NCBI RefSeq assembly: GCF_001194135.2
Contig: NC_068981.1
Coordinates: 116,008,271-116,072,270 of the forward strand
Direction: 5' to 3'
Length of the DNA: 64,000 nt
Source: Octopus bimaculoides
Taxonomy: Eukaryota
Shown: piece by piece, positions 1 to 12,977 of the stretch
Numbering within the stretch: the stretch's first letter is position 1
How the letters are laid out: every line of letters begins with the position of its first letter
The notes under the pieces: model-generated
The model's input: only the letters and a program-made list of their open reading frames with translations
The model's database searches: none
Told to the model about the DNA's origin: nothing
Translations under genes and position numbers: made by a program

Positions 1-1339
1 CACCTATCTTTCTTTTATTAGATTACTAATCAATTACTTAGGGGAGAAAACTAAAAAAAAAAGAAGAATTTGTTCAATGCGGCCTCTATGAGGGATGATG
101 AATTGTAGGGTAACCTTCATACACAAAAAGGTTCCCCATCCCTGACCTAAGGTAAGCAATCCCAATGAATTTCATCTAATGGCTGAGTCCGGGTTTTGCT
201 TCGCTAGATTATAAATATTTTACCGATTGTATAACTCAGATTAGTACAATAAAAAATTGATATTAGTACATTTGCATATTTGTTTTATTTCTACAGTCAA
301 TTATAATTGACTGTAGAGATAAAGATATACAGATGTATATATTCTTATACTATATTAATGTGTGCTTGTGTGCATACGTGCATGTACATACGTATATATG
401 TGTATGTGTGTGTATATGATTTAAGAATATATGCTATGAAACATTTAAAAACAATGATCTAGTGTTCAAGGGTATGATTATAATCAATTACGTATATGGA
501 AATACATGTTCATTAAAAGTTATAGAATATCAGTAAAGAAGACGGAGAGAAAAACTCGAAAAGTAAGGAAAGATAATGTGTAATGATAAATATAGCGTAG
601 AATTAGGTTTCACATATTATTGTATATTATTGTATTCACTTTTTCTTTTAGAATATATTTTACATTTAAAAAAAAATGTCATATTTAAGTGTTATTTGAA
701 AAATAGTAATGAATTTTACATTCCAATCGAAAAATGTTCTACTTTTATTGGCGTGCGTGTATATGTATAAGCCAACAGAGAGAAGAAATAGAGATACAGA
801 AATAACGAGGTTGAAGGAAAACAGAAAGAAGTTGAAATAAGGAGAGTAATAGAGATATTTGAAAATATAGAGATGGATAGCTAGAGAAGCATATTGCCAA
901 AATTAAAGAGATGTTAGGAGAGAAAGAGAGGGAATGAGAGAGAGAGGTAAAGAGTTAAATATCGAAAGACTGAGAAAGGAAGATGGCATCTCAAGAGAAT
1001 GTAAACAATGTTCCTTTTACCAATAAATTCTTGAAACAAAAATAAGGAAATAAAATAAAGAATTATGTGGTCTTTGTTTGTTGAGTGGAACATAGATATA
1101 ATCAATGAATTTGTGAATTCCTTATTATTGTTGTCTTTGGGCAATGTCTATGTAATGGCACCAGCCGCAACATCATAATTATTGCAGCGTCAGCAAAACA
1201 CAACATATTTAAGAGTAAAATATTGTTTTTAGTTTTACAGCTGTTTGTTTCTTCATTTACGCACATTTATGAAGCTTAACTTGATTGATCTTACTAAAAT
1301 CTAACAAATTCCATTGAGTCCGAGGTTCTTGGGCAAATT

Positions 1340-1625
1340 GCAGATTTTATCTTTAATCTCTTGTGTCAATCATTAGACTGCGACCACCCCTTGCATTGTC
1401 GAACAATTTCACTTCAGTTTCTTGCTGAACCAACATTGGTTGTCAAGCAGTGGTGTGGGTAAGCACGAAAACTCACACATATACACATACGCGTGCGCAC
1501 ACACACATACACATATGTATATATATACGACAGGATTCTTTCAGTTTCCATCACCCAAATCCAGCCAAGGTAGTACGCAGTGAGAGTAAATCTGGAAGTA
1601 TGTGGTTGGGAAGCAACTTACTTGT
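1340..1625 (-). mobile_element. Degenerate CORE-type SINE (family B) with internal microsatellite
   Basis: ggttgtcaagcagtggtg, atatacgacaggattctttcagtttcc and tatgtggttgggaagcaact match segments of the better copy at 6409-7098. Confidence 0.55.
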
Positions 1626-1659
1626 CGACATTTTTTCAAGGAATTTGTATTTATCATGA

Positions 1660-1735
<76 letters not shown>

Positions 1736-3873
1736 TTCTGTCTATCTGTATGTATGTATTTATGTGTGCATGCACGCTTGCATTTGTGTGTAGACTGTGT
1801 GTGTATGTTTGTGTGTGTTTGTGTGTGCGTATTTGTGTGTGTTTCTGTGCGTGTGTGCGTGCGCGCACGTGCGCGCATGCATTTACGTATATATGTTTCA
1901 AGTTATAAACCACTTTTTTTCATCAAGCAGACCGAAATTTTGGCAAAAGGTTGCAGAGTGAAGAATAATGTTATACGCTATGTGATTGTTTTTGATATGT
2001 TTCTATAAGCCCTGACAAGGTCGAGTAATGCTTCTGTTATATATTTCTGTATGCGTATGTATATATTTATATGAGTGAATCTGTAGGAGCATATTGACCG
2101 GCTACAAAGTTATGAAAGTAATTCAAGAGCCCAGAGTTTTGTGCAAGGCACTTATTACAGTTTAATATGTGTAATGCACGGGGCTGTTAGCCCTTAAATT
2201 ACATCAGTAGCTTCTCTACGATTAGAAATATGGATATAATAAAGTATTGAATTCTATTTTTCCTGTTTGTTCCATTAGGTTACGGGATCAACCAGTGTTG
2301 TTAGTGTATATCCTGATGACTCTTATATAGCATTTAGATTCAACTTTTTCCTTGGTACTCGAAGAATAGCGGCACATTTTCACTAAAGAGGCGTAGAAAA
2401 TATTACCAATTAATTCTGTGTTTATTTAAAAGAATTCCCGATTAATGTCCCTGTTTATTGAAGAGAACATTAGGATGTTTTTACACATTCTCGATCTACA
2501 GAACTAAGGTTTTCAAATAAATGACTGTAGTTTTATTTTATGTACATTATATAGTCTTTTACCGGTGATACCATTGACCCACTTACCAAAATTGTATCAA
2601 CTCTCTCTCACTCTCGTTATATATATCAGAAAGAGAGTACTGAATAAGTACTTTCGTTGTTTCTATAGAGTACGAACTCAACACATGCCATAGAGGTACA
2701 AGTTTGTATGCGCGCGCGTGGTGTGTGTGTGAGAGAGAGAGAGGGGGAAATAGTAGGGAGTGAAAGCGGGAGAAAGAGAGAGATCATAACCTTTGTAATA
2801 AATGTATACTTCCTCTTTAAGCAGTGATTTCTCTCTTTTCGTGTTATTGCATATAACAGCGATCAGATATTCCCGTTCGAATCTGTCAGAACGTATTGAG
2901 AATGAATACATACATCATTCTTTGAATACTCGCTGTTCTGCATGCACCCCATGGCAGACATCAGGACACATCAACAAATATTGTGTTTGCTGATTTCTAT
3001 ATATAGACAAGAACCTGTACTCTCGTTAGATTCATTGGTTCACTGGGGTAGTTTTGAATGAAGAGACACACAGTAAGTTCGAAACACTTGATTTTCAAAG
3101 TCCCAATATACTGATGAATCGTTTAAATGGAAGATGTCCTTTATGACAAAAAGCATCAGCCGCTAGATATTCATATCTGAATTTGCCAAAATGTATTGAC
3201 AATGAATAAATACGTTATTTTCTGGATCCTCGCTGTTCTATGTGCACCTCATGAATTATTTCTTTTCTTTTTTCGTATATTTCTTTTTATTTAAACACTC
3301 TTTTACCCTTATTTTACTTCGCTCTTGTATTTAGCTTACAAGATTTTTTTTATGAACTCGTGCATTGAAACAAATTTTGGTCATTACGCCAATAATAAAA
3401 ATAAAGGAATGAAAGTGAACCAATGCGTGTGTTTATTATTATTGGCGTAAAGGTCCTTCCTCGGTACAACATCCTTTATTTTACTTTTCTTAAAATATTA
3501 ATGCATATCTTAATGAAGTAAGATGTGACTTTTTCTATTTATAGTACTAGTGCCTATATGAAAGCTAATGAAATGTTTAATAATATTTCTATGCATGCTA
3601 ACAGAAAAGAACGTTTAGACAATTTAAAATTTTCTATTTCTGCATATATGAGAATTCATATTATCATAGTTTAATTAAAACTATAGACAGGATCCAAATC
3701 AAAGTGTTTTGAACAATACATGTAAACCCCATTAAATGTTTTGAGTGCCCTTTCTTTCGTTTGTCCACATTAATTGTGTACGTGTTAAGAATAGATAAAT
3801 GCCATTTTCCGGATCCTCGTACTGAGTGTGTGTGCGTTTAAGTATAAACCTACGGTGAATATGAACTTCAAAA

Positions 3874-4087
3874 GGCGGCGAGCTGGCAGAAACGTTAGCA
3901 CGCCGGGCGAAATGCTTTGCGGTATTTCGTCTGTCTTTACATTCTGAGTTCAAATTCTGCCGAGGTCGACTTTGCCTTCCATCCTTTCGGAGGTTGATAA
4001 ATTAAGTATCAGTTGCGTAATGGGGTCGATCTAATCGACTAACCCCTTCCCCCACCAAATTCCGGGCCTTGTGCCTAGAGTAGAAAA
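3874..4087 (+). mobile_element. tRNA-derived SINE family A with 14-bp target-site duplication
   Basis: Head ggcggcgagctggcagaa, B-box-like gagttcaaattc, body gtcgactttgccttccatcctttcgg. TSD gaatatgaacttca at 3857-3870 and 4088-4101. Many other copies in the window. Confidence 0.9.
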
Positions 4088-4403
4088 GAATATGAACTTC
4101 AGTCAGAGATTTAACTCGTACTCGTACCACTCAACTCAAAGTTATTTTCTTTCGTGCGCGCGCGCGTACATTCGAAAGAAAAGGCACTCAACGTATTTAT
4201 TGGGGGTTACATGCATTGTTCAAAACAGTTTGATTCGGATTCCGTGTTACTTTAAGTTCCGAAGCTCCCCGTTAAGGGTTTCAAAACTTGAAGTAACACC
4301 GAATCCGAATGAAACTGTTTTGAACAACACACACACACACATACAGCTAGCTAGCCAGGCAGCCAGGCAGCCAGCCGGATGGATGGATGGATGGATCAAG
4401 TAC

Positions 4404-4867
4404 AATCGTCACTAAAGAGACTAAAGGTGCGAGTCAGCGTCAGCATTGCTAATGATAAGAATCAAAACTATACTTAACCGCGGGCAAGCACTTATCTGCT
4501 GACTGACAAGGGAGACAACAACCCTACAGCAAGTGAGATAGAATCAGATCATCGATGATTTCGGATTTAATTAATGCTCACCAGTGACTCTTACTCAGTT
4601 GCCGATGGCTAAATCTAACTCGCCTTGTCAGTTTATATAAAATACCATAGGAATCAGTGACTGATTCAGCCATCAGCGACTGAGTAAGGGTCAATGACAA
4701 GGATAAATTGAATCCGAAATCATCGGTGATCTGACTCTATATCACTTGCTGTAGGGAGCTTGCCCCCTTGTCAGTCATTAGATAAGCGCTTGCTCGTGCC
4801 TAAGAGTTGTTTTGACTCTTATTTCTAGCAATGCTGGTGATGACTACCCTTAGTCACTTTACTGACG

Positions 4868-4870
<3 letters not shown>
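4404..4870. mobile_element. Fold-back MITE with ~200-bp imperfect inverted arms
   Basis: Left arm aatcgtcactaaag...ctcagttgccgatggctaaatc matches the reverse complement of right arm gattcagccatcagcgactgag...ctttactgacgatt. Short spacer, no ORF. Confidence 0.85.
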
Positions 4871-4902
<32 letters not shown>

Positions 4903-5174
4903 GTATATATTTAAGACCGTAAATATTAATTAATAAACAATTAGAAATAGTAACCATTTGGTGTAATTTACAATTATTCAGGTTTTCTTAGGGGATTAAT
5001 TATGGACTTTTCTCATAACTGTAATAACAAAAGCTATATCGATTTCTGAGTTATTGAGCGCAAAGTCAATACCAATACTGGTAAAAATTCCATTCATTGC
5101 CAGTTATATTCATTATCGAAGTTCAACTTCTGAAAATGTTGAAGCACCAGTCCAAGAATCAGCGAATGATACTT

Positions 5175-5362
5175 TACATGGTTGCTAGAAATATCAGTTA
5201 AATCTCTTTTCCTGAAACTAAACTCTACTATCTTTTAGAAAGAAGGAAGAATATATTGGAAAATATGATCTGAGATAAACTATGACTGAGAAAAAAGGAT
5301 AGTTATAACATTCAATCACAGGTCTACTCGATCAGTCCTGCTCTGAGGCAATACAACAAAGA
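5175..5362 (+). repeat. Degenerate dispersed repeat, probably a further SINE family with a CAA-type tail
   Basis: gctagaaata...ctactatcttttagaaagaa resembles 12255-12320. Reversed CAA-tailed ends (ttgttgtttagc) occur near 32960 and 33135. Confidence 0.35.
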
Positions 5363-5547
5363 ATCAAGCAAATAGAACACTGGTACTATAAAAAAGAAAA
5401 CAACAACGTGTTATAGATAAAGATATTGGACAAAGGAGATCGTTAAAACGAACAGGAAATTTCCAGAGACGAATGAAGAGATTCTTCATCATTATTGTCA
5501 GTACACATTCCTCTGTTTCTGACTGTCTGATTGTTTGTCTGTCTAGT

Positions 5548-5555
<8 letters not shown>

Positions 5556-5636
<81 letters not shown>
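5556..5636. repeat. (CT)n microsatellite
   Basis: Perfect CT run seen directly. Confidence 0.95.
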
Positions 5637-5639
<3 letters not shown>

Positions 5640-6169
5640 ATTCTTTTGAAAGAGAATAAGATTAATCATAAAAGAGGTAGAAATGAGAAAGGAAGATATA
5701 GTAATGTTCATTTGTCCGAGAGAATTCGAACATAGGATAGTGAAACGAAATTAACAGTGAATACCCCCCCTACCCTCTGCACCACACTACCAATAAAAGA
5801 GAAGTAGATGTCATTGGAATTTTTTTCTTTACGAGAGTAAAAACACACGATTAGATGTCAGGTATATATGATATACGTCTTCATAACAGGGTTTTAACAG
5901 CCTCATGTCCTATGTCGTTTATGCTTGACAAGATTGCTGAGCGATAAATTGATCTTATCACACCACACTGAACGTCTATACTTAAAATCATTCAAAATGA
6001 TGTATCTTGGAGTACAATATAACTGTCTTGTGTCAGTCCGCCACACTAGTCAGCCAAAAAGTTTGGATTTTTTTTTTTTTAGCAATTTCTATCACTACAG
6101 AGCAGCCAAGCTTTAGTACTACCCATAAGCGATTAAAACCTCAGGACTTTTACTTGTCATGTATTTCAG

Positions 6170-6225
6170 AAGGCCAGCCTTGTCACACTGTGTTACACTG
6201 AATTTCATTGAGAATTACGTTAAGG
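6170..6225 (+). CDS. Candidate internal coding exon (phase 2 to 1), RPALSHCVTLNFIENYVK, unidentified host gene
   Basis: Acceptor tgtatttcag, donor agg/gtacgc, 56 nt, only one open frame. That frame joins in phase to exon 7479-7553. Confidence 0.45.
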
Positions 6226-6408
6226 GTACGCATGTTTGTTGAATGCTCAGCCACATTCACGTTAATTTCACGAGCTGGCTTTTCTGTTGACCGAATCAGC
6301 TGGAACCCTCGTCGTCGTAACCGACGAATTGTCGTCTATATGTGTGTGTGCGTATTCATTTATTCGTTTCTGTCGTTTATTTGTTTCAGCCATATTGGCG
6401 CCTATATA

Positions 6409-7098
6409 CTCTTTTTACCCTTTACTCTTTTACTTGTTTCAGTCAATTTGACTGCGGTCTTTAGTCGAGCTAATCGACCCCAGGACTTATTATTTGTAAG
6501 CCTAGTACTTATTCTATCGGTCTCTTTTTGCCGAATCACTAAGTTACGGAGACGTAAACACACCAGCATCGGTTGTCAAGCGATGGTGGGGGGGGACAAA
6601 CACAGACATATATATANNNNNNNNNNNNNNNNNNNNNNNNNNNNNNNNNNNNNNNNNNNNNNNNNNNNNNNNNNNNNNNNNNNNNNNNNNNNNNNNNNNN
6701 NNNNNNNNNNNNNNNNNNNNNNNNNNNNNNNNNNNNNNNNNNNNNNNNNNNNNNNNNNNNNNNNNNNNNNNNNNNNNNNNNNNNNNNNNNNNNNNNNNNN
6801 NNNNNNNNNNNNNNNNNNNNNNNNNNNNNNNNNNNNNNNNNNNNNNNNNNNNNNNNNNNNNNNNNNNNNNNNNNNNNNNNNNNNNNNNNNNNNNNNNNNN
6901 NNNNNNNNNNNNNNNNNNNNNNNNNNNNNNNNNNNNNNNNNNNNNNNNNNNNNNNNNNNNNNCATACATACGACGGGCTTCTTTCAGTTTCCGTCTACCA
7001 AATCCACTCACAAGGCTTTGGTCGGCCCGAGGCTATAGTAGAAGCCACTGAACCCGGAACCATGTGGTTGGTAAGCAAGCTACTTACCATACAGACAC
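6409..7098 (-). mobile_element. Full-length CORE-type SINE family B (internal microsatellite falls in an N gap)
   Basis: Minus strand: head gtgtctgtatggtaagtagcttgcttaccaaccacatggttccgggttcagt, body ctatagcctcgggccgaccaaagccttgtgagtggatttggtagacggaaactg, tail gactgaaacaagtaaaagagtaaa. Confidence 0.85.
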
Positions 7099-7478
7099 AT
7101 TTGGGATTTAGCAGACTAGTTAACTAGTATTATGCTATGTTATTATACGAACACAGTGTGAAAGAGAACTCAAGCGGTATGTGCGTATGTGTGTGTGTGT
7201 GTGTGTGTGTGTGATCGACAATCGATGTAATTATAATAATAAATGCGATGTACAAAGAATACTTAATCTTACCGATCACCTCCTCAGTCAGGGCTGACTC
7301 TGTCTGAGGATGTGATCGCTATGATTAAGTGATCTTTCCAAATCGTGTTTAATATGACATCATCGATTATCGAAACAATCATATGCAGCAGATGAAATTA
7401 CAAAATACCAAATTCATGCTTCGAGTTTTTTCTCTCATAACAGATGTGTTCAATGTATTACATTACAAACCTTCACAG

Positions 7479-7553
7479 ATTGCATAGAACACTATTGGAT
7501 CACACAGCAGACGAAGTTCGACATCAACACTATGAAGAACGTCAACAAAAACG
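7479..7553 (+). CDS. Candidate internal coding exon (phase 1-1), (D)CIEHYWITQQTKFDINTMKNVNKN
   Basis: Acceptor ccttcacag, donor acg/gtaatt, 75 nt, open frame in non-repetitive sequence, in phase with 6170-6225. Confidence 0.5.
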
Positions 7554-7614
7554 GTAATTTCGCCGAGCACCCTGCGCATTCATTTCCACCAACACACACG
7601 CGCGCGCACACACC

Positions 7615-7664
<50 letters not shown>

Positions 7665-8045
7665 GTATGATCCCAACTGTCCGACGGATAGTAACGTGAA
7701 ACTCTGAGTAACAGTTAATGAATATCTTTTTCCGCTTAAAAAGAGTATATATATATAACATGTATCTATACATGTGTAAAACTAACGAAATCCACAATTC
7801 TAATCCGATTGTGAGAATATGGTTGCGCGTTTTTTTTCTTTTTTCTTTCTTTTTCTACCTATTAGAGTAACTTTCCTTTTATTCAAAGGTTTTTCATAGC
7901 GTCTGTTGCCATTAATAGCCGTCGAGAATGTATCGTAGCTCTTCGCTCCCATATTCGAAACTCCGAGTACTATAATGACAACTTTTTACTGTTTGTTCTA
8001 AATTATAACACACACACACGCACACTCACACACACACATATATAC

Positions 8046-8083
<38 letters not shown>

Positions 8084-8471
8084 GCATACGGGCAGACAGA
8101 GAGTGTGACAGAATGAGATGGTGGTTGGAAGCAAAGTGAGGCATCAATGTACAAACACAATCGCACACATACATCTGTATAATAAATCGGAGGGGAATTG
8201 TTATTTCTGGAAATCACCGACAGAATACTTTGTAGTATTTCCTTCAACTCTCTTCGCTTTGAGTTCAAATCTTGTCATGGCCTTCATGGGTGCCACTACC
8301 ACATGATGCTTTCGGTGCCTTTAACAGTGTCTATTCTATGCTATCATTCGGTGTAGGTTTTTGGTTGGTTGATTCCTTCCTGCCTCACTCACACTAGTTT
8401 CAAGACTCTGCATAGAGCTATGGACACTACCTGCATTCCTGACAAAAAATAAATTAATAAATATGCATACA

Positions 8472-8528
<57 letters not shown>

Positions 8529-9803
8529 CTGTACATGCGTGCCTATATATATATATATATATATATATANNNNNNNNNNNNNNNNNNNNNNNNNNNNNNN
8601 NNNNNNNNNNNNNNNNNNNNNNNNNNNNNNNNNNNNNNNNNNNTGTGTGTATTTATATGTGGTTATGCGTACATAAGTATGTATATATGTGCATATATAT
8701 ACATATATATATGTATAGTATATACACATAGTATATAAGTGTGTGTGTATTTATATGTGGTTATGCGTACATAAGTATGTATATATGTGCATATATATAC
8801 ATATATATACACAAATATATATATATATAAACAGATATCTTTCTGTCTATATGTATATGCACACACACATACCCATTTCTACCCACATATACATATACAT
8901 ACAAACATTTATATATTCATGTACATATTTATGTATATTTACACATATATACGTGTGTTTAAATATATATCATACGTACGTCTATGTATATATGTGTGTG
9001 TGTATGTGCATGTTACTGTATGTGTGCTTTAACGATTCTTACAACGAAGCGACTTATTCGTTCATCGCTTCTCACAATCACACATCTTTGGCTTCCAAAA
9101 GCCTTTAAGAGGCACTCAAACAACTAGCAAATATCGCCTCACTGTAAGTCTATTGATATATTTTACACATTTCATCAGTCTTTTTAGATATTTTAACGAC
9201 AAATCTTTCCTACTCTAACACTTATTCAATGTTAATATTTCTTATGAATTCTGGTGTCTGGGATTTGAATAGCGTTTTGGCATGCCAATATATTCTCTTC
9301 CACGACAGTATCTCCTTAAAACGCCTCTTCCTAATATCCTCGACATTTTTTCATCTTTGATGATACTTGTATCTATGTGCAATCGTGTGTGCATATGAGC
9401 GTCTGCATTTGTGTGCGTTTGTTTTTGTGTGTGGATTTCTTTTCGTGTGTGCGCATGTGCGTATGCTTGTGTATGTCTCGTGCACTTATATATTGAATGC
9501 ATGCGTTTTTATATATGGCAAAACTCCTGAACACACAAAAGATTGTGTATATATTTTAATCGAATCTGAAATTTATGAAATCATTTATCTGAGTTTCATG
9601 TTGTGGGTTATGATTTTAGGAAGTTGTGTAGCAAAATATTAAAAACAGTATTTTCAAACATATGGAAAAGCATCAGTTATCAAGATGTGGCTTGTTTCCA
9701 AAAACGTTAGAAAATTATCATTTATTTAAGTGTTATGCACTGAACTCGTACTATATTAATTTAATCATATGCAAAATTGACTTTTTATGTCTCCAGTACT
9801 ATA

Positions 9804-10305
9804 CGAGGTGGCTTCACAAAGTATCCAACTTCATTTTTTTCTGCTAAAACTAATACCGCGTGTTCAAAATCCTTTGGATGGGGAATGACGTCTACCTGCA
9901 TGCGGATTCGTGAACGTTTTCGTGCCCGCCGCCGCAGTTCTCGGCTGTGTAAAGACGTGTAGCGCGGCTCGTTGGATTTTCGTTTTCACGCAAGATGACC
10001 GAAAGCATTGAGCAGAGACCATAAATCCGCGTCTCATCACCATTGATGATGGTCTTCATGAAGTATGGGTCGTGGTTTACACAGTCCAGCATGTCTTGAG
10101 CGATTTCAATGTGGAGTTGCTTCTACTGCGCACTATACGTCTGTACTCTAGGCGTAAAAGCTAGGAACTGACACAGCCTACCGGCGCAAAAAGTTTCACG
10201 CATGCGCAAGAAAGTTGGCATTACCTCCCACGCAAAGGATTTTGCCCACGTGGTATTAGTTTTGGCAAGAAAAAAGAAAGTCGGATACTTTTTGAACGCA
10301 TCTCA
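9804..10305 (-). mobile_element. Internally deleted mariner element (~500 bp)
   Basis: ~54-bp imperfect TIRs (cgaggtggcttcacaaagtatccaac / gtcggatactttttgaacgcatctca), TA on the left and TG on the right. Internal minus-strand peptide DPYFMKTIINGDETRIYG matches the mariner TGDETW motif. Confidence 0.85.
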
Positions 10306-11096
10306 TGTCTTCATATCACATCGTTTGGTAAAAGAATAGGGTGGGGAATCGTTTATTTCTCAACAGTTTTCATAAACGAAAGCAGTCACCTTTCCTGCTT
10401 TTGTGCGTTACTAAACTCACTTAAGCAAGATGGGTATTCTTTGTGAAAGGAAGATTTGTGTTGCTGAATAAATGAATATTTTGTTAACATTTTCTAAAAA
10501 TCATATAGCTATTTTCCGATGGCTAGTACATGGCGAATACATTACGGAGGAAATATTCTAATTCAAACAGCTGTAGAGGAGGAATTCGCTTTCAAGAATT
10601 CACTAATTCTCTTTTGCTCAAAATTCCAAAGGAATATAAAAAACTGTAATTCATTTACAAGTGATAAAGGGGTCATTTATCTTGTTATTCATGTAGGGGG
10701 TCGATCGATAACTGTTAATAATATCATCCTCGGTTGCAGTTGCAACCAAATTAAGAGCTTGGTGAGTGATAGAGCTGGTGTTCATATAGGCATAGGTAAT
10801 AAGGTGGGCAAGGTGTCTATGGATGTGTATATATATGCATTTACCTAAGAAACACTGGATTATTATAATTTTGCTAAAATTTTGTGTGGTGTATCCTGAA
10901 AGTTGTTGGTGTATTTTAAAAACTCTTATCTGTTATCAGATACGAGATTTTAAAAGTCAGGTTCAAAGAATTCCCAAACTTTGGGCTCATGGGACACTAA
11001 AGACATCAGAAGCCGAATTTGTTCTTGACAACCGGTTGTCTGAGCAAAACGTGGGTGAAGGACAAACACAAACACAAAAGACACACACACATAAAT

Positions 11097-11199
<103 letters not shown>

Positions 11200-11680
11200 T
11201 AAATTTGGGTAGCTTATAAGCTTTTTATCAATCTAAAGGCAAATTTACAGACATCAATAAGGTGACAGAGTGTACAAAGTGGTACCGGCATTGCTAGAAA
11301 TAAGAGTCAAAACTTTTGGTAAACGCTGACAAGGGAGGCAAACTTCCCTACTGTCGCCGACATATCCATATCACTTGTGATTTCGAATTTTGATGCAGAG
11401 CATCAGTTGCTCTTACCGTGGCTCTTACTGTGCTAATTGGTTAAGCTGAAGTCACCCCGTCAACTTACAAGAGAAACCATTGCAAACGTGCTGATTTCAA
11501 AAACGGTAGAGGTGAAAGCTGTATATAATATGGGTGGCTTACAAGCAATTTAACAACCAAAAGGCAAATTTATAGACGTCACTAAGGTGACAGAGGGTAC
11601 GAAGTGGCACCTAAATTGCCAGAAATAAGAGTCAAAATGACTCATTAGGCACAAGAGCACTGTCTTAATAAACTGACAAT
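11200..11680. repeat. Two direct diverged copies of a MITE-arm-related segment
   Basis: aaaggcaaattta.agac.tca.taaggtgacagag...ttgc.agaaataagagtcaaaa occurs at ~11235-11315 and ~11560-11640, and resembles the arms of 4404-4870. Confidence 0.65.
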
Positions 11681-11860
11681 GGAGAAGACGAAGACAGGCG
11701 TAGGAACAACATGTAGGTGTACTAGTTTAACGCTCGGGAAGAATGTAAAAGTATTTTACGTTTCAACCTTACGCTCTTCGACAGAAAGGACTGGATTAAG
11801 AGGTAAAAACAGAGAGAATGAAAAAACGGAGAGAGGAATTGTTGTAGGAATTAACACTTC

Positions 11861-11861
<1 letters not shown>
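11680..11861 (-). mobile_element. Solo 3' end (pLTR stub) of a Penelope-like element with hammerhead motif
   Basis: Homologous to 13180-13382 and 42803-43000; abuts (TA)n. Minus strand reads ctttctgtcgaagagcgtaaggttgaaacgtaaaa. Confidence 0.75.
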
Positions 11862-11897
<36 letters not shown>

Positions 11898-12712
11898 AAA
11901 AAAAAATCGTCAGGATATTTTGGAATAACTTCTTTCATTTATTTTATACATATAATAGCGCTTTCGTTCGTCTTTCGAACTTGTCAAATATAACTGTGAA
12001 AATACAGAGATCTAGCTTATTTATATAAAAACAGGTGTTTTGGGGGGTTTTGTTTATAACAGAACATTGTTTTGTTTTGGGGGGTGAGGCTTTGGAGACA
12101 ATGGAAGATGTATAAGCAAATAGATAAATAAATAGGCAGATAGAGAGATAGATAGATAGACTGATAGTCAGACAGATAGAGAGATGGATGTGATAAAAGA
12201 GAGAGAGAAGGGCCATTGTATTGAATTGGCCCTTCTCTCTCTAAATATTTGCTTCACTAGCTAGAAATAGCAACCAAATTACTCTCAAACCATAATCATC
12301 TTAGAAAGAAAAACAATAATAGATATATCGTGCATCCACTGTGCGGGAGAATAAAACAAAACAGAAAAGTCTCGGATAAAACAGCACGGATTAGAGCCAA
12401 CTTAAGTTTCAATAACCGAATTTACTAAAAGTTTTAAACGGGTATCCAGCCTAAGCACACACAAGCATGAAGACAATGTCAAAATGACAAGAAAGAATAA
12501 AATAAAGTATAATGTAATGAAGAAATATGAATTTAGTCAGAGTCAAACTATTGGCGGGAGTATCTTCTTTCAGTTTGACGGAAACATACTAATGATATTC
12601 CAGTCTTAGAAATATACAGATATACAAGCACAGATGCGTTTTCTAGCATAAACTGACAATAACATCTGTAAATTCCTTGCACTCATTCCAGTGTAACGAA
12701 AATTTTTAACAC

Positions 12713-12745
<33 letters not shown>

Positions 12746-12835
12746 ACACACCAATACACACACCCAAGTTTTATATATTAACGTGTATAGATATACGTCT
12801 GTATGACAATATATATACATACATATGTGAGTATG

Positions 12836-12887
<52 letters not shown>

Positions 12888-12977
12888 TAAAAACATGCAT
12901 ACACCACACACACGCATGTGTGTGTGTGCGCTCTTGTAAGTATACCATATTTTTGGTTTTCTTCCTCTAGACACGTT

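Noticed and set aside
2279-2354. Exon candidate VTGSTSVVSVYPDDSYIAFRFNFFL
   Set aside because: It ends in phase 1 while the next candidate exon needs phase 2, and there is no other support.
8644-8810. ~97-bp duplicated unit
   Set aside because: It directly flanks an N gap in simple repeat; most likely a contig-end overlap artefact.
10519-10848. 109-aa non-repeat ORF
   Set aside because: No recognisable motif or convincing splice or start context.
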